A stretch of 64,000 nt of DNA from an uncultured Chloroflexia bacterium (GTDB lineage Bacteria > Chloroflexota > Limnocylindria > Limnocylindrales > CSP1-4), in NCBI GenBank assembly GCA_963707215.1, contig CAVPPB010000003.1, forward strand, positions 704,001-768,000, given 5' to 3'. The position numbers were made by a program, and so were the translations under genes. The notes below the pieces were generated by a model. The model had not been told where the DNA came from, made no database searches, and saw only the letters and a list, made by a program, of their open reading frames with translations. This document shows positions 32,951 through 41,962 of this stretch, in pieces; the first letter of the stretch is position 1, and each line of letters opens with the position of its first letter.

Positions 32951-33831
32951 GGTCTCGCTCCCGGCGGAACGGCCGGGTCCAGGATCCACGCGGCCGCCGG
33001 CCCGGGGTCGAGGTAGGCGGCATGGCCGAGCCCATCGAGCGCGACGACGGTCCGTCCACCGGCTGCGGCGAGGTGCTCCGCGATGGTCCTGAAGACCGCC
33101 ACCGACCTCGTGCCGAACGCGAACCGGATGTCGACGGACGAGGAACGCAGCGCTGGCAGGTCGGGGTGCTCGGCCGTCAGGGCGAGGTCCTCCCGCACCA
33201 GGGCCTCGGCGTTCTCGTCGCCACGGGCGGCGTACCACTCGCGGCCCGGGAGCGGCTCGAAGAGGCCCCGCGACGAGGCCCCGGGACCGGCCGCCGCCCG
33301 GCCGAGCGCGGCGACAGCACCGACCCAGTCACCGGGACGATCCGCGAGGTGGGCCGCGACGGCCTCGTCGCCGCGCCGTCGGAGGGTGGCGCCCTCGGGG
33401 ACGAGCGCGAGGTAGCCAGGCTCGAAGACCAGGGCGCGCGCCACGATCGAGGGGTGCCGGAGCGCCAGCTCGAGCGCCACGATGCCGCCGGCACTGCCCC
33501 CGAAGACGGTGGCGCTCCCGAGACCCAGGGCGGCCAGGAGCGCGGCCGCGTCGTCGGCATGGATCGCGGAAGCGCCGGTCGGCCAGCCGTCCCGTCCGCT
33601 CCGGCGGGTCCCTCGGCGGTCGTAGGTCACGACCGTCCGGCCGGGCAGCCGCTCAGCCAGCGGGCGGAGGACCTCGGCGTCCTCGTCGGCCGCCCCGACC
33701 AGGAGCACGGCTGGGCCCGTCCCCCGGATCTCGGCATAGAGGCGGGTCCCGTTGACCGCGACCTCCGCCGGACGTGGCTGCTCGGCGCCGGGCAGGGCGT
33801 CCGGGTTCGGCCCGGTCATCGGGTGGCTCAC
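32947..33831 (-). CDS. Alpha/beta fold hydrolase
   Basis: TYDRRG, FGGSAGG nucleophile elbow, LGH C-terminal His. Confidence 0.9.
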   Translation of the reverse strand: MSHPMTGPNPDALPGAEQPRPAEVAVNGTRLYAEIRGTGPAVLLVGAADEDAEVLRPLAERLPGRTVVTYDRRGTRRSGRDGWPTGASAIHADDAAALLAALGLGSATVFGGSAGGIVALELALRHPSIVARALVFEPGYLALVPEGATLRRRGDEAVAAHLADRPGDWVGAVAALGRAAAGPGASSRGLFEPLPGREWYAARGDENAEALVREDLALTAEHPDLPALRSSSVDIRFAFGTRSVAVFRTIAEHLAAAGGRTVVALDGLGHAAYLDPGPAAAWILDPAVPPGARP

Positions 33832-35021
33832 CCTGGGTTCCCGTCGGTCGAGGCCAGCAGGCTCGTCGGGTCGCTGGTCGCCAGCACCTCGGCGAGGATG
33901 GCGCCCCAGAGCATGGGCTCGTCGGCGACGAAGAGCCCGGCCGTGCCCCGGTACGGGCGCAGGTCGTCGAGCGAAGCGGCGCCACCGTCGTAGACCTCGA
34001 TGACCGTCCGGTCGCGCTCGACGACGGCCCGGTAGGCCGCCTCCACGGCCGGTGCGTCGGGGGCCGCGACCCGCCGGCCCAGCCGCAGGTACATCGCCCC
34101 GAGCGAGGTCCAGATGGCGGTGCCCTGGTAGTCCGGCACCAGGCGCCGCTGGAGCGGATCCTCCGCCTCGGGGTCGCGGCGGCTCGCGTAGCGCAGCGGC
34201 AGGGGCGCCGCCAGGCCGGCCCGACGCGCGCCGGCCAGGGCCTCGCGGAGACCGTCGTCGTCGTCGAGCGCCCCCACCTGCCAGGGCAGGACCGCGGCAT
34301 CGCCGGTCGGCTCGTCGGTGTCGGCCCGATCGACCATCGTCCCGTCGGGCCGCCGGAAGCGGGCCAGGAAGCGGTCTCGGACGTCGGCGGTGGCCGGGCT
34401 GGCGAACCAGTCCGTCTCCCGGAGGACCCGGTCCAGCAGGACGAGCATCGTGTTGTTGGCGCCGTTCGAACGGGTCCGCAGGGTGTCCCGGTGGGACGAG
34501 TAGGCCCGCTCGTCGCGGACCAGGCCGGTGCCCGGGTCGACGACCTCGAGGGCGTAGCGCCGGATCTCGGCTCGAAGCCAGTCGCCATGCCGGGCGACCA
34601 GCCGGTCCCCTTCTGGGCCGACGACCTGGAGCGAGCGGAGGACCAGGGGCAGCGAGTCGGCGCCGAGGGTCCAGACGTCCCGGGGACGGCGACCGGGGAA
34701 GATCGTCGTCGTGACCCGGCCCTCGCGTGACCAGGCGTCGAGGGCCCAGGCCAGGCTGGCGACGGCACGCTCTCCCAGGTCCAGCGTCATGAGCGAGGGC
34801 ACGGCGTAGGCGAGGTCACGGGTCCAGAGCTGGACGAAATGACCGCCGGAGGCCGCCAGGTACTCGCCCGTCCAGCAGGCTTCCACGGCGGCCCGGGCGA
34901 TGGCCCCGGCGTCCGCGCCGGGGAGCCGCCGGGGCCCGCGCAGCCGACGCCGGACGATCCGGCCGGCGGAGGTCAGGTAGCTCGGCCAGAGGGCCGGGTC
35001 GAGCTGGGCACCGAGGCTCAT
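33828..35021 (-). CDS. Putative (alpha/alpha)6-barrel glycoside hydrolase-like protein
   Basis: ASGGHFVQLWTRD and DYQGTAIWTSLG resemble motifs of six-hairpin glycosidase/glycogen-debranching domains. Confidence 0.6.
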   Translation of the reverse strand: MSLGAQLDPALWPSYLTSAGRIVRRRLRGPRRLPGADAGAIARAAVEACWTGEYLAASGGHFVQLWTRDLAYAVPSLMTLDLGERAVASLAWALDAWSREGRVTTTIFPGRRPRDVWTLGADSLPLVLRSLQVVGPEGDRLVARHGDWLRAEIRRYALEVVDPGTGLVRDERAYSSHRDTLRTRSNGANNTMLVLLDRVLRETDWFASPATADVRDRFLARFRRPDGTMVDRADTDEPTGDAAVLPWQVGALDDDDGLREALAGARRAGLAAPLPLRYASRRDPEAEDPLQRRLVPDYQGTAIWTSLGAMYLRLGRRVAAPDAPAVEAAYRAVVERDRTVIEVYDGGAASLDDLRPYRGTAGLFVADEPMLWGAILAEVLATSDPTSLLASTDGNPG

Positions 35022-35031
35022 CGCGTCCGAC

Positions 35032-35406
35032 TCAGCGGGCGACCCGGCGGGCGTCGACCTCGATCTCGACACGCAGTGCCGGATCGATGAGGCCGGCCAC
35101 CACGACCAGCGTGGCAGCCGGCCGGATGGCGCCGAAGGCCTCGCCGTGGACCCGGAGCACGGTCGGGATGTCGGCCGGATCGACGACGAAGACGCGTGTC
35201 CGCACGACGTCGGCTAGGGTGAAGCCGCCCTCGGCGAGTGCCCGCTCGATGATCCCGAGCGCCGCCCGGGCCTGGGTCTCCGCGTCGCCCTCGGCCCCCC
35301 CGGTCGTCCCGGCCACCCAGCAGTCGTCGCCGTCCACGACGGCCCGGCTGTAGCCGGCCGGGCCCTCCCACGGCGCGCCGCTGGAGATCCGGCCGCGCTC
35401 GGTCAT
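35032..35406 (-). CDS. RidA/YjgF family protein
   Basis: SSGAPWE..GYSRAV, VAGTT, DVVRTRVF, RPAAT, VEIEVDA. Confidence 0.93.
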   Translation of the reverse strand: MTERGRISSGAPWEGPAGYSRAVVDGDDCWVAGTTGGAEGDAETQARAALGIIERALAEGGFTLADVVRTRVFVVDPADIPTVLRVHGEAFGAIRPAATLVVVAGLIDPALRVEIEVDARRVAR

Positions 35407-36668
35407 GTCCGGCGCCAGGCGGCGATGACGGGATCCCGTGCGATGGCCAGGAGGAGGGCCGTGAGGAGCGTGGTCCGCGGCACGATCGAGGCGACCTCGA
35501 GGTATTCCTCGGGCGAGTGGTCCATCCCGCCGATGGGACCCAGGCCGTCGAGGCTGGGGATCCCCATGTCGGCGGTCGTGTTGGCGTCGGAGGCCCCACC
35601 GGTCGCCGTGTCGCGGAGCTCGAAGCCCAGACGGCCGGCGAGGTCGACGGCCAGCTCGACGAGCCGTCCCGACCGCTCGAGCTTCTCCATGGGCCAGTGG
35701 CGGGCCACCTCCTCGAGCTCGATCGCCACGTCGGGCACGGCGGGCGCGGCGGCAAGGTCCCCGATCGCCGACTCGACGGCCTCGAGGGACTCACGGGTGA
35801 CCGCCCGGACGTCCACCTCGAGAACGGCCCGCTCGGCCACGACGTTGGGGCGGGTCCCGCCCTCCAGGACCCCGACGTTGACGGTCACGCCCGGCCAGCG
35901 GTCGTTGAGGGCATGAAGGGCGACGGTCAGGTGGGCCCCGGCGAGGGTCGCGCTCCGGCCCTTCTCCGGCTCGACCCCGGCATGGGCGGCGCGGCCGCGG
36001 ACCGTGACCCGGAGGTGAAGGTTGCCCTTGCGCGACGAGACGATGTCGCCGTTCGCCCGGGCGCATTCGAGGACGAGGCAGGCATCGGCGCCACTGGCCA
36101 CCTCGCGGATGATCGGCGTCGAGGACGGTGACCCGATCTCCTCGTCGGGATTGGCCACGAAGACGAGCTCCCGGAACGGCAGGAGCGGGACGCCGCTCTC
36201 TTCGCCCCCGCGCGAGACGCGCAGCGTACGGACGGCGTAGAGGCCGGCCAGCAGGCCCGACTTCATGTCGGTGACGCCGGGCCCTCGGGCGATGCCGTCC
36301 TCCATGCGGAACGGACGCTCGGCCACGGTCCCCTCGGGGAAGACGGTGTCCATGTGGCCGATGAGGACCAGGCGCGGACCGGATGGGTCGCCGACGATCC
36401 GGCCGACGACCGTGCCTCCCAGTCGGCTCGCGCCATCCGGATGGCGTACGACATCGGCTCCGAGACCGGCCAGGAACGCCTCGACGAAGTCACCGACCCG
36501 GTCGACACCCTCCGGCGTGAAGCTGCCACAGTCGATGTCTACGAGCCGGGCGAGGTCATCGAGGAAGGCTGGTTCGTCGGCCCGGACCGCCGCCTCGAGC
36601 ATGGCCAGCTCGGTCGGCTCGATGCCATGGACCGGCGGCAACCCGAGGTCGATCGCGGACGCTCCCAT
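35403..36668 (-). CDS. M20 family metallopeptidase (glutamate carboxypeptidase-like)
   Basis: IGHMDTVF, GPGVTDMKSG, DEEIGS, AHAG, GGASDAN, DGLGPIG..HSPEE. Confidence 0.93.
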   Translation of the reverse strand: MGASAIDLGLPPVHGIEPTELAMLEAAVRADEPAFLDDLARLVDIDCGSFTPEGVDRVGDFVEAFLAGLGADVVRHPDGASRLGGTVVGRIVGDPSGPRLVLIGHMDTVFPEGTVAERPFRMEDGIARGPGVTDMKSGLLAGLYAVRTLRVSRGGEESGVPLLPFRELVFVANPDEEIGSPSSTPIIREVASGADACLVLECARANGDIVSSRKGNLHLRVTVRGRAAHAGVEPEKGRSATLAGAHLTVALHALNDRWPGVTVNVGVLEGGTRPNVVAERAVLEVDVRAVTRESLEAVESAIGDLAAAPAVPDVAIELEEVARHWPMEKLERSGRLVELAVDLAGRLGFELRDTATGGASDANTTADMGIPSLDGLGPIGGMDHSPEEYLEVASIVPRTTLLTALLLAIARDPVIAAWRRT

Positions 36669-36722
36669 CGGGGCCGAGTCTACGGTCTGGAGCGCCCTGC
36701 GGCTTGCTATGCTGCGCCGACC

Positions 36723-38480
36723 GTGCGACTCGTCGAGATCCGCCTCCTCGAGGGGCCGAACGTCTACCGTCTGGACCCGACGGTCAAGATCGAGGTCGGC
36801 GTGGGGCGTCGGCGGACCTGGCGCGGGGACCGGACCGGCTCCCCGGGCGCCGGGCCGCGCCTGGGAGAGGTCGCCCCGACCCGTGACCTGCCCGACGAGG
36901 TGGTCGAGCTGGTGGCCTGGTGTCGGCGGCTCCGGACCGACGCGGGCGATGGCGTGGGCGGCGTGGCAGCGCACCGGGCTGCCGACCCGGGGCACTGGGT
37001 CGTGAGCTTCCCCTGGGCCGGGGCCGAGCGTGCCCGGGCGATCGCCGAAGCGGCCGTGGACCTGGTCGCCGCCGGCGTCGCCACCGGCCGCCGGGCCGTC
37101 CCGACCGGCGCCCAGGCCCGTCGGCTGGCGCGCTGGCAGGCGCGCATCGCGGATGCCCGGACGAGCCCGCCCGGCTGGTTCCGCGATGAGGACCGGCGGA
37201 TGCCGATCGTCTCGATCAGCGGCACGAACGGCAAGTCGACCGTCAGCCGGCTGATCGCCCACATCCTCCGCGGCTCCGGCCGGCGGGTCGGGATGACGAC
37301 CTCGGACGGCGTCTACGTGGGCGAGCGGCTCGTTGAGCCGGGTGACTGGACCGGGCCCGGCGGCGCCGCGATGCTCCTCTCGCGCTCCGACCTCGACCTG
37401 GCCGTGCTGGAGACCGCCCGCGGCGGCATCCTGCTTCGGGGTGTCGGCTACGAGTCGAACGACGCCAGCGTCCTCACGAACGTCGCCTCGGACCACCTCG
37501 ACCTCCAGGGCATCCATACGCTCGCCGAGCTCGCCGACGTCAAGGCCACCATCTGCCGGATCACCCGGCCCGACGGTTGGGTCGTCCTCAACGCCGACGA
37601 CCCGCTGGTCGCCGCGGTGGCCCGCCGGGTCACCGCCAGGGTCGCCCTCTTCTCGCTCCAGGGCGAGCGCTCCGGGCGGATCCGCCGCCACGTCGCCCGG
37701 GGCGGCCGCGCCTACCTGGTGATCGACGGGGCGATCGTCGAGGTGGAGAGCGGTGCGACACGGGCGATCGCCGGCGTCCGGGAACTGCCCATCGCCCTGG
37801 GCGGGCTGGCCCGCTACAACGTCGCCAATGCGCTCGCGGCCGCAGGCGGGGCTCGGGCGCTCGGAGCCACGCTCGATGAGGTCACCGAGGGCCTCCGGTC
37901 CTTCGAACCGTCGACCGATCGCTCCCCTGGCCGCCTCAACCTGTTCCGGCTCGGGTCGCGGGTCGTCCTCGTCGACTTCGCCCACAACGAGGCGGGCGTC
38001 GAGGCGATCCTCGAGGTGGCCGCCGAGATCGCCGGCGGGGCTGCCGGCCGAGCGTCGCCGATCACCGCCATCGTCGGGACCGCCGGCGACCGACCCGAGG
38101 ACAGCCTGATCGCCATCGGACGGGTCGCCGCCGAGCGGGCCGACCGGGTCGTGATCAAGGAGACCCTCGGCTACCTCCGCGGCAGGGAGCGCGGGGAGAT
38201 CGTCGCCCGTCTGCTGGACGGGGTGGCTGCCGGCGGTGGGGATCCGGACGCGGTGCCCGTCTACGTATCGGAGACGGCCGCCCTGCGATCGGAGCTGGCC
38301 CGCGCCGACGAGACCAGCGACGGCCGGCGCCAGCTCTCGGGCATCCTGGTCCTTCTCTGTCACGAGGAGCGTCCGGAGGTCCTGGGGCTCCTGGGCGAGC
38401 TCGGAGCCCGCGAGCTCGACGTGATGGCCGAGCTGCAGGACCTGGCGCCCAGGCTCGGAGATCGGTCCCGACACGACTGA
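36723..38480 (+). CDS. Cyanophycin synthetase-like Mur ligase protein (degenerate N domain + M domain, no ATP-grasp domain)
   Basis: Starts VRLVEIRLLEGPNVY (CphA N-terminal signature), then SGTNGKST, GDWTGP, LETARGGIL, TNVASDHL, LNADDP, PGRLN, DFAHN, GDR. About 585 aa. Confidence 0.85.
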   Translation: MRLVEIRLLEGPNVYRLDPTVKIEVGVGRRRTWRGDRTGSPGAGPRLGEVAPTRDLPDEVVELVAWCRRLRTDAGDGVGGVAAHRAADPGHWVVSFPWAGAERARAIAEAAVDLVAAGVATGRRAVPTGAQARRLARWQARIADARTSPPGWFRDEDRRMPIVSISGTNGKSTVSRLIAHILRGSGRRVGMTTSDGVYVGERLVEPGDWTGPGGAAMLLSRSDLDLAVLETARGGILLRGVGYESNDASVLTNVASDHLDLQGIHTLAELADVKATICRITRPDGWVVLNADDPLVAAVARRVTARVALFSLQGERSGRIRRHVARGGRAYLVIDGAIVEVESGATRAIAGVRELPIALGGLARYNVANALAAAGGARALGATLDEVTEGLRSFEPSTDRSPGRLNLFRLGSRVVLVDFAHNEAGVEAILEVAAEIAGGAAGRASPITAIVGTAGDRPEDSLIAIGRVAAERADRVVIKETLGYLRGRERGEIVARLLDGVAAGGGDPDAVPVYVSETAALRSELARADETSDGRRQLSGILVLLCHEERPEVLGLLGELGARELDVMAELQDLAPRLGDRSRHD

Positions 38481-38571
38481 CACCCGTCCGGGCAGCAGCC
38501 ACGCGCGCCGATCAGGCGCGCGCGGGCGGCCCCCGGGCCGACCGCGGCCCGGGTCGTTCAGGTACGCGTGA

Positions 38572-38973
38572 TCAGCCGGGCACCCGGCGGCGACCGCGGA
38601 GCATCCGAAGATGGCCCAGGAGCCCGATCAGAAGGATCGCCGTCGACCAGACGGGCAGCGTCCGGGCGACCGGGTCGGGCAGGAAGATGTCGGACACCCG
38701 CCCGTCGTCGGCGCCGAGATCCTCGGCGACCCCGGTCAGGGGACAGCGACCGCGGTTCGCCAGGAACACCCCGATCTCGACGGCGACGAGGCCGGCCGCG
38801 ACGGCTGTCGCCCGATCGAAGCGGCCACGAAGGCCGTCCCAGGTGAACCGAAGGATCGACCCGAGCAGCACGACGAAGATCGCGGAGTGGACGGTCTTGA
38901 TGGCGAAGAGCGCGATGCCCCGCGCCATTCCAGCGGCCCGCTGTCCCGTCTCCATCGCCGACTCGCTGGCCAT
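38572..38973 (-). CDS. Small membrane protein
   Basis: IKTVHSAIF, NRGRCPLTGVAE, VSDIFLPD; 3 TM segments. Start overlaps the cphA stop. Confidence 0.75.
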   Translation of the reverse strand: MASESAMETGQRAAGMARGIALFAIKTVHSAIFVVLLGSILRFTWDGLRGRFDRATAVAAGLVAVEIGVFLANRGRCPLTGVAEDLGADDGRVSDIFLPDPVARTLPVWSTAILLIGLLGHLRMLRGRRRVPG

Positions 38974-41921
38974 CAGCCCTCGGGCACCTCGAGCTCGCCC
39001 GGATCGGCGAACGCAGTCGTCCCGCGCTGGGCCCCGGCCAGCGACTGGGCCTCCTTGTAGACGCCGATCGCGTCGTCGACGCACATGACGACGAGGTCGC
39101 CGGGCACGGCCCGCCGCAGGGCTGCCCGGGCGGCCGTCAGCTCGTCGAGGATCGTCTCGGCTCGACTCGCCCGGGAAGTCCCGGCGTCGCGGGCCCGACG
39201 GGTCCCGGTCACCACGTTCCCGGCGCTCTCGCCCGGCTTGCGGCCCCGGAGGTTGCGGTCCTCGCGGACGACGATCTCGTCGAAGGCGCCCGCGGCGAGC
39301 TCGCCATAGGTGACCTGGTCGTCGTCGAGTCGGTCGCCGGGGATCCCGATGACGCCGATGGCCCGGCCCGTCCGACCCGGCTTCGCCTCGGCGACGCCCC
39401 GGGCGGTCGGCGGTCCGTCGGGCTCCTCCATCATCCGGGTCACGAAATCCGAGAGCTGGCGCATGCCGTCGACGTTGTGGCAGTAGTCGATGATCACGCG
39501 GACGCCGCCGACCTCGAGGAGGTTGAGCCGGCCCGGCGCCTGGAAGAACGACGTGGTGAAGGTTCGCAGCCCCTGGCGGATGTCGTGGAGGTGAGCGCCC
39601 GACGCCCAGGCGGCAGCCGCGGCCGCGAGGGCGTTGGCGACGTTCATCCGGGCCCGGCCGCCGAACGTCGCCGGGATCAGGTGGGTGTAGAGGACCGGCA
39701 TCGTGCGGGGGCCTAGGCGCAGGACGACGAGCTCGCCCTCGGGAGTCCGCTGGAGGCAGAACGCAGCGCCGCCCCGGCCGAGGTGCCCGTCCACGCGGTC
39801 ATAGCCGTCCTCGCCCTTCCCGGTCTGCATCGAGAAGAGGACGACCCGACCCGACGAGTGGCGGGCCATCCGGGCGACCAGCGGGTCGTCGGCGTTGAGG
39901 ACGGCCGTGCCCGAGCGCGGGACCGCTTCGACGATGACGGCCTTGACGTTGGCCAGCTGGCCGAGCGAGGTGATCCCGCCCAGGCCGAGGTGGTCGCCGG
40001 TGACATTCGTGACGACGGCCACGTCGTTGCGGTCGTAGCCCAGGCCCTCGCGGAGGATGCCGCCCCGGGCGACCTCGAAGACGGCCGTGTCCACGGTCGG
40101 GTTCTGGAGGACCATCTGGGCCGACTTCGGGCCCGACATGTCGCCGCGCTTGATCATCCGGCCGTCGACGACGATGCCATCGGTCGAGGTCATGCCGACC
40201 CGCCGGCCCATCAGCTTGAGGATGTGCGCGAGCATCCGGACGGTCGTGGTCTTGCCGTTCGTCCCGGTCACCGCAAGGATCGGGATGCGGGCCGGCTTCC
40301 CGGGCGGGAAGAGCAGATCCATGACCGGGCGGGCCACGTACTGCGGCTCGCCCTCGGTCGGGTGGGTGTGCATCCGGAAGCCGGGCGCGGCGTTGACCTC
40401 GACGATCGCGCCTCCGGTCTCGCGGACCGGCGTGGCGATGTCGGGGCAGATGAAGTCGATGCCGGCGACGTCGAGGCCCACGACCCTGGCCGCGGTCTCG
40501 GCGATCTCGACATTGTCGGGATGGGACTCCATCGTCCGGTCGATCGAGGTGCCGCCGGTCGACATGTTCCCGGTCAGGGCAAGCTTGATCCAGGCCTCCT
40601 TGGGCGGGATCCCGTCGATGGCGAAGCCCTGGGCGGCGACCAGCTCCTCGGCCCGCTCGTCGACGGCGATCTTCGTCAGGACCTTCTCGTGGCCGATGCC
40701 GCGACGGGGATCGGCATTGGCGATGTCGACGAGCTCCCGGACGGTGTGGATGCCGTCGCCGGTCACCGAAGCCGGGACACGCTCGGCCACGGCCGCCACC
40801 CTGCCCCCGATGACCAGGACCCGGTAGTCGGCACCGGCGACGTAGCTCTCGACGACGACGTCCCCGGAACGGCTCTGGCGGAGCGACTCCGGGAAGGCGG
40901 CCCGGACGTCGGCCTCGGAGCGCAGGTCGAGGGCCACCCCACGACCGTGGTTGCCGTCGAGCGGCTTGGTCACGCAGGGGTAGCCGATCCGCTCCGCCGC
41001 CGCGACGGCCTCGTCCGCCGTCTCCACGACGACGGCCCGCGGGACCGGCAGGCCGGCCGAGTCGAGAAGCTTGTTGGTCAGGCTCTTGTCGGAGGCGATG
41101 TCGACAGCGATCGCCGGCGTCCGCGAGGTCATCGTCGCCCGGATCCGCTGCTGGTGGACCCCCTGGCCGAGCTGCACCAGGCTGTAGCGATCGAGGCGGA
41201 TGTAGGGGATGTCGCGGCTGACGGCCTCGTCGATCAGGGCCTGGGTCGACGGGCCGAAGGCCTGCCGCTCGGCCAGCCGGATGAGGCGCTCGAGCTCGCT
41301 CCCGAAGTCGAAGTCGGAGGCCGACGGGTCCACCAGGTGGTTGACCAGGCCGACCGCCACCCTGCCAGCCTGCAGGCCGACGTTCTCCTCGCGGTACTCG
41401 TAGATGACGTTGTACTGGCCGGTCGGTCCGGCGCCGCGGGTCTTGCCGTGGCGGACGTCGGTCCCGGCGAGGTTCTGGAGCTCCAGAGCGACGTGCTCGG
41501 CGACGTGGCCGGCCCAGGTGCCGTCGCGGAGCCGGGTCAGGAAGCCGCCCCGCCGACCCAGCGAGCAGGCGTGGTCCTCGAGGCTCGGTAGGAGCTCGAC
41601 GAGGGTATCCACGAAGCCGGGGATCCGATCCGACGGGTACTCCTCCAGCGATCCGAGGTCGACGAGCATCCGGACCACCGGCTGGCGCGACCAGTAGTTG
41701 GCCCCGCGGAGGACCCGCGTCTCGAGGATCCGCAGGTCGGGCCGCGGACCGGCCGGGGCCTTGGGCCGCTTCGAGGCCCGGGAACGCGTCGCCGCCGGGG
41801 CCTTCGCCGCCCGTGCCTTGGGCGTCGCGCCCTTGCCGGCTGGCTCCCGCTCGGTGCCGCCGGTTCCCGCCTTGGCATCGGTCGACGCGGACCTGGATGA
41901 CCGGGCGGCGCGTTGGGCCAC
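38973..41921 (-). CDS. cphA: Cyanophycin synthetase
   Basis: RGANYWS, HACSLGRRGGF, GTWAGHVAEH, FGPST, LVQLGQG, KPLDGNHGRGV, EVNAAPGFRMH, GTNGKTT, EVARGG, PGRLN, DYCHN. Confidence 0.97.
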   Translation of the reverse strand: MAQRAARSSRSASTDAKAGTGGTEREPAGKGATPKARAAKAPAATRSRASKRPKAPAGPRPDLRILETRVLRGANYWSRQPVVRMLVDLGSLEEYPSDRIPGFVDTLVELLPSLEDHACSLGRRGGFLTRLRDGTWAGHVAEHVALELQNLAGTDVRHGKTRGAGPTGQYNVIYEYREENVGLQAGRVAVGLVNHLVDPSASDFDFGSELERLIRLAERQAFGPSTQALIDEAVSRDIPYIRLDRYSLVQLGQGVHQQRIRATMTSRTPAIAVDIASDKSLTNKLLDSAGLPVPRAVVVETADEAVAAAERIGYPCVTKPLDGNHGRGVALDLRSEADVRAAFPESLRQSRSGDVVVESYVAGADYRVLVIGGRVAAVAERVPASVTGDGIHTVRELVDIANADPRRGIGHEKVLTKIAVDERAEELVAAQGFAIDGIPPKEAWIKLALTGNMSTGGTSIDRTMESHPDNVEIAETAARVVGLDVAGIDFICPDIATPVRETGGAIVEVNAAPGFRMHTHPTEGEPQYVARPVMDLLFPPGKPARIPILAVTGTNGKTTTVRMLAHILKLMGRRVGMTSTDGIVVDGRMIKRGDMSGPKSAQMVLQNPTVDTAVFEVARGGILREGLGYDRNDVAVVTNVTGDHLGLGGITSLGQLANVKAVIVEAVPRSGTAVLNADDPLVARMARHSSGRVVLFSMQTGKGEDGYDRVDGHLGRGGAAFCLQRTPEGELVVLRLGPRTMPVLYTHLIPATFGGRARMNVANALAAAAAAWASGAHLHDIRQGLRTFTTSFFQAPGRLNLLEVGGVRVIIDYCHNVDGMRQLSDFVTRMMEEPDGPPTARGVAEAKPGRTGRAIGVIGIPGDRLDDDQVTYGELAAGAFDEIVVREDRNLRGRKPGESAGNVVTGTRRARDAGTSRASRAETILDELTAARAALRRAVPGDLVVMCVDDAIGVYKEAQSLAGAQRGTTAFADPGELEVPEG

Positions 41922-41962
41922 GGGCCTGCTCCCTCCTCGTCCGGCCGTCGGGGGCGGCCGGA

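Noticed and set aside
35403-38483. 1026-aa ORF suggesting a giant M20 peptidase (likewise 28229-31210 for the MFS and 60538-63612)
   Set aside because: The upstream parts are antisense or off-frame shadows of neighbouring real genes.
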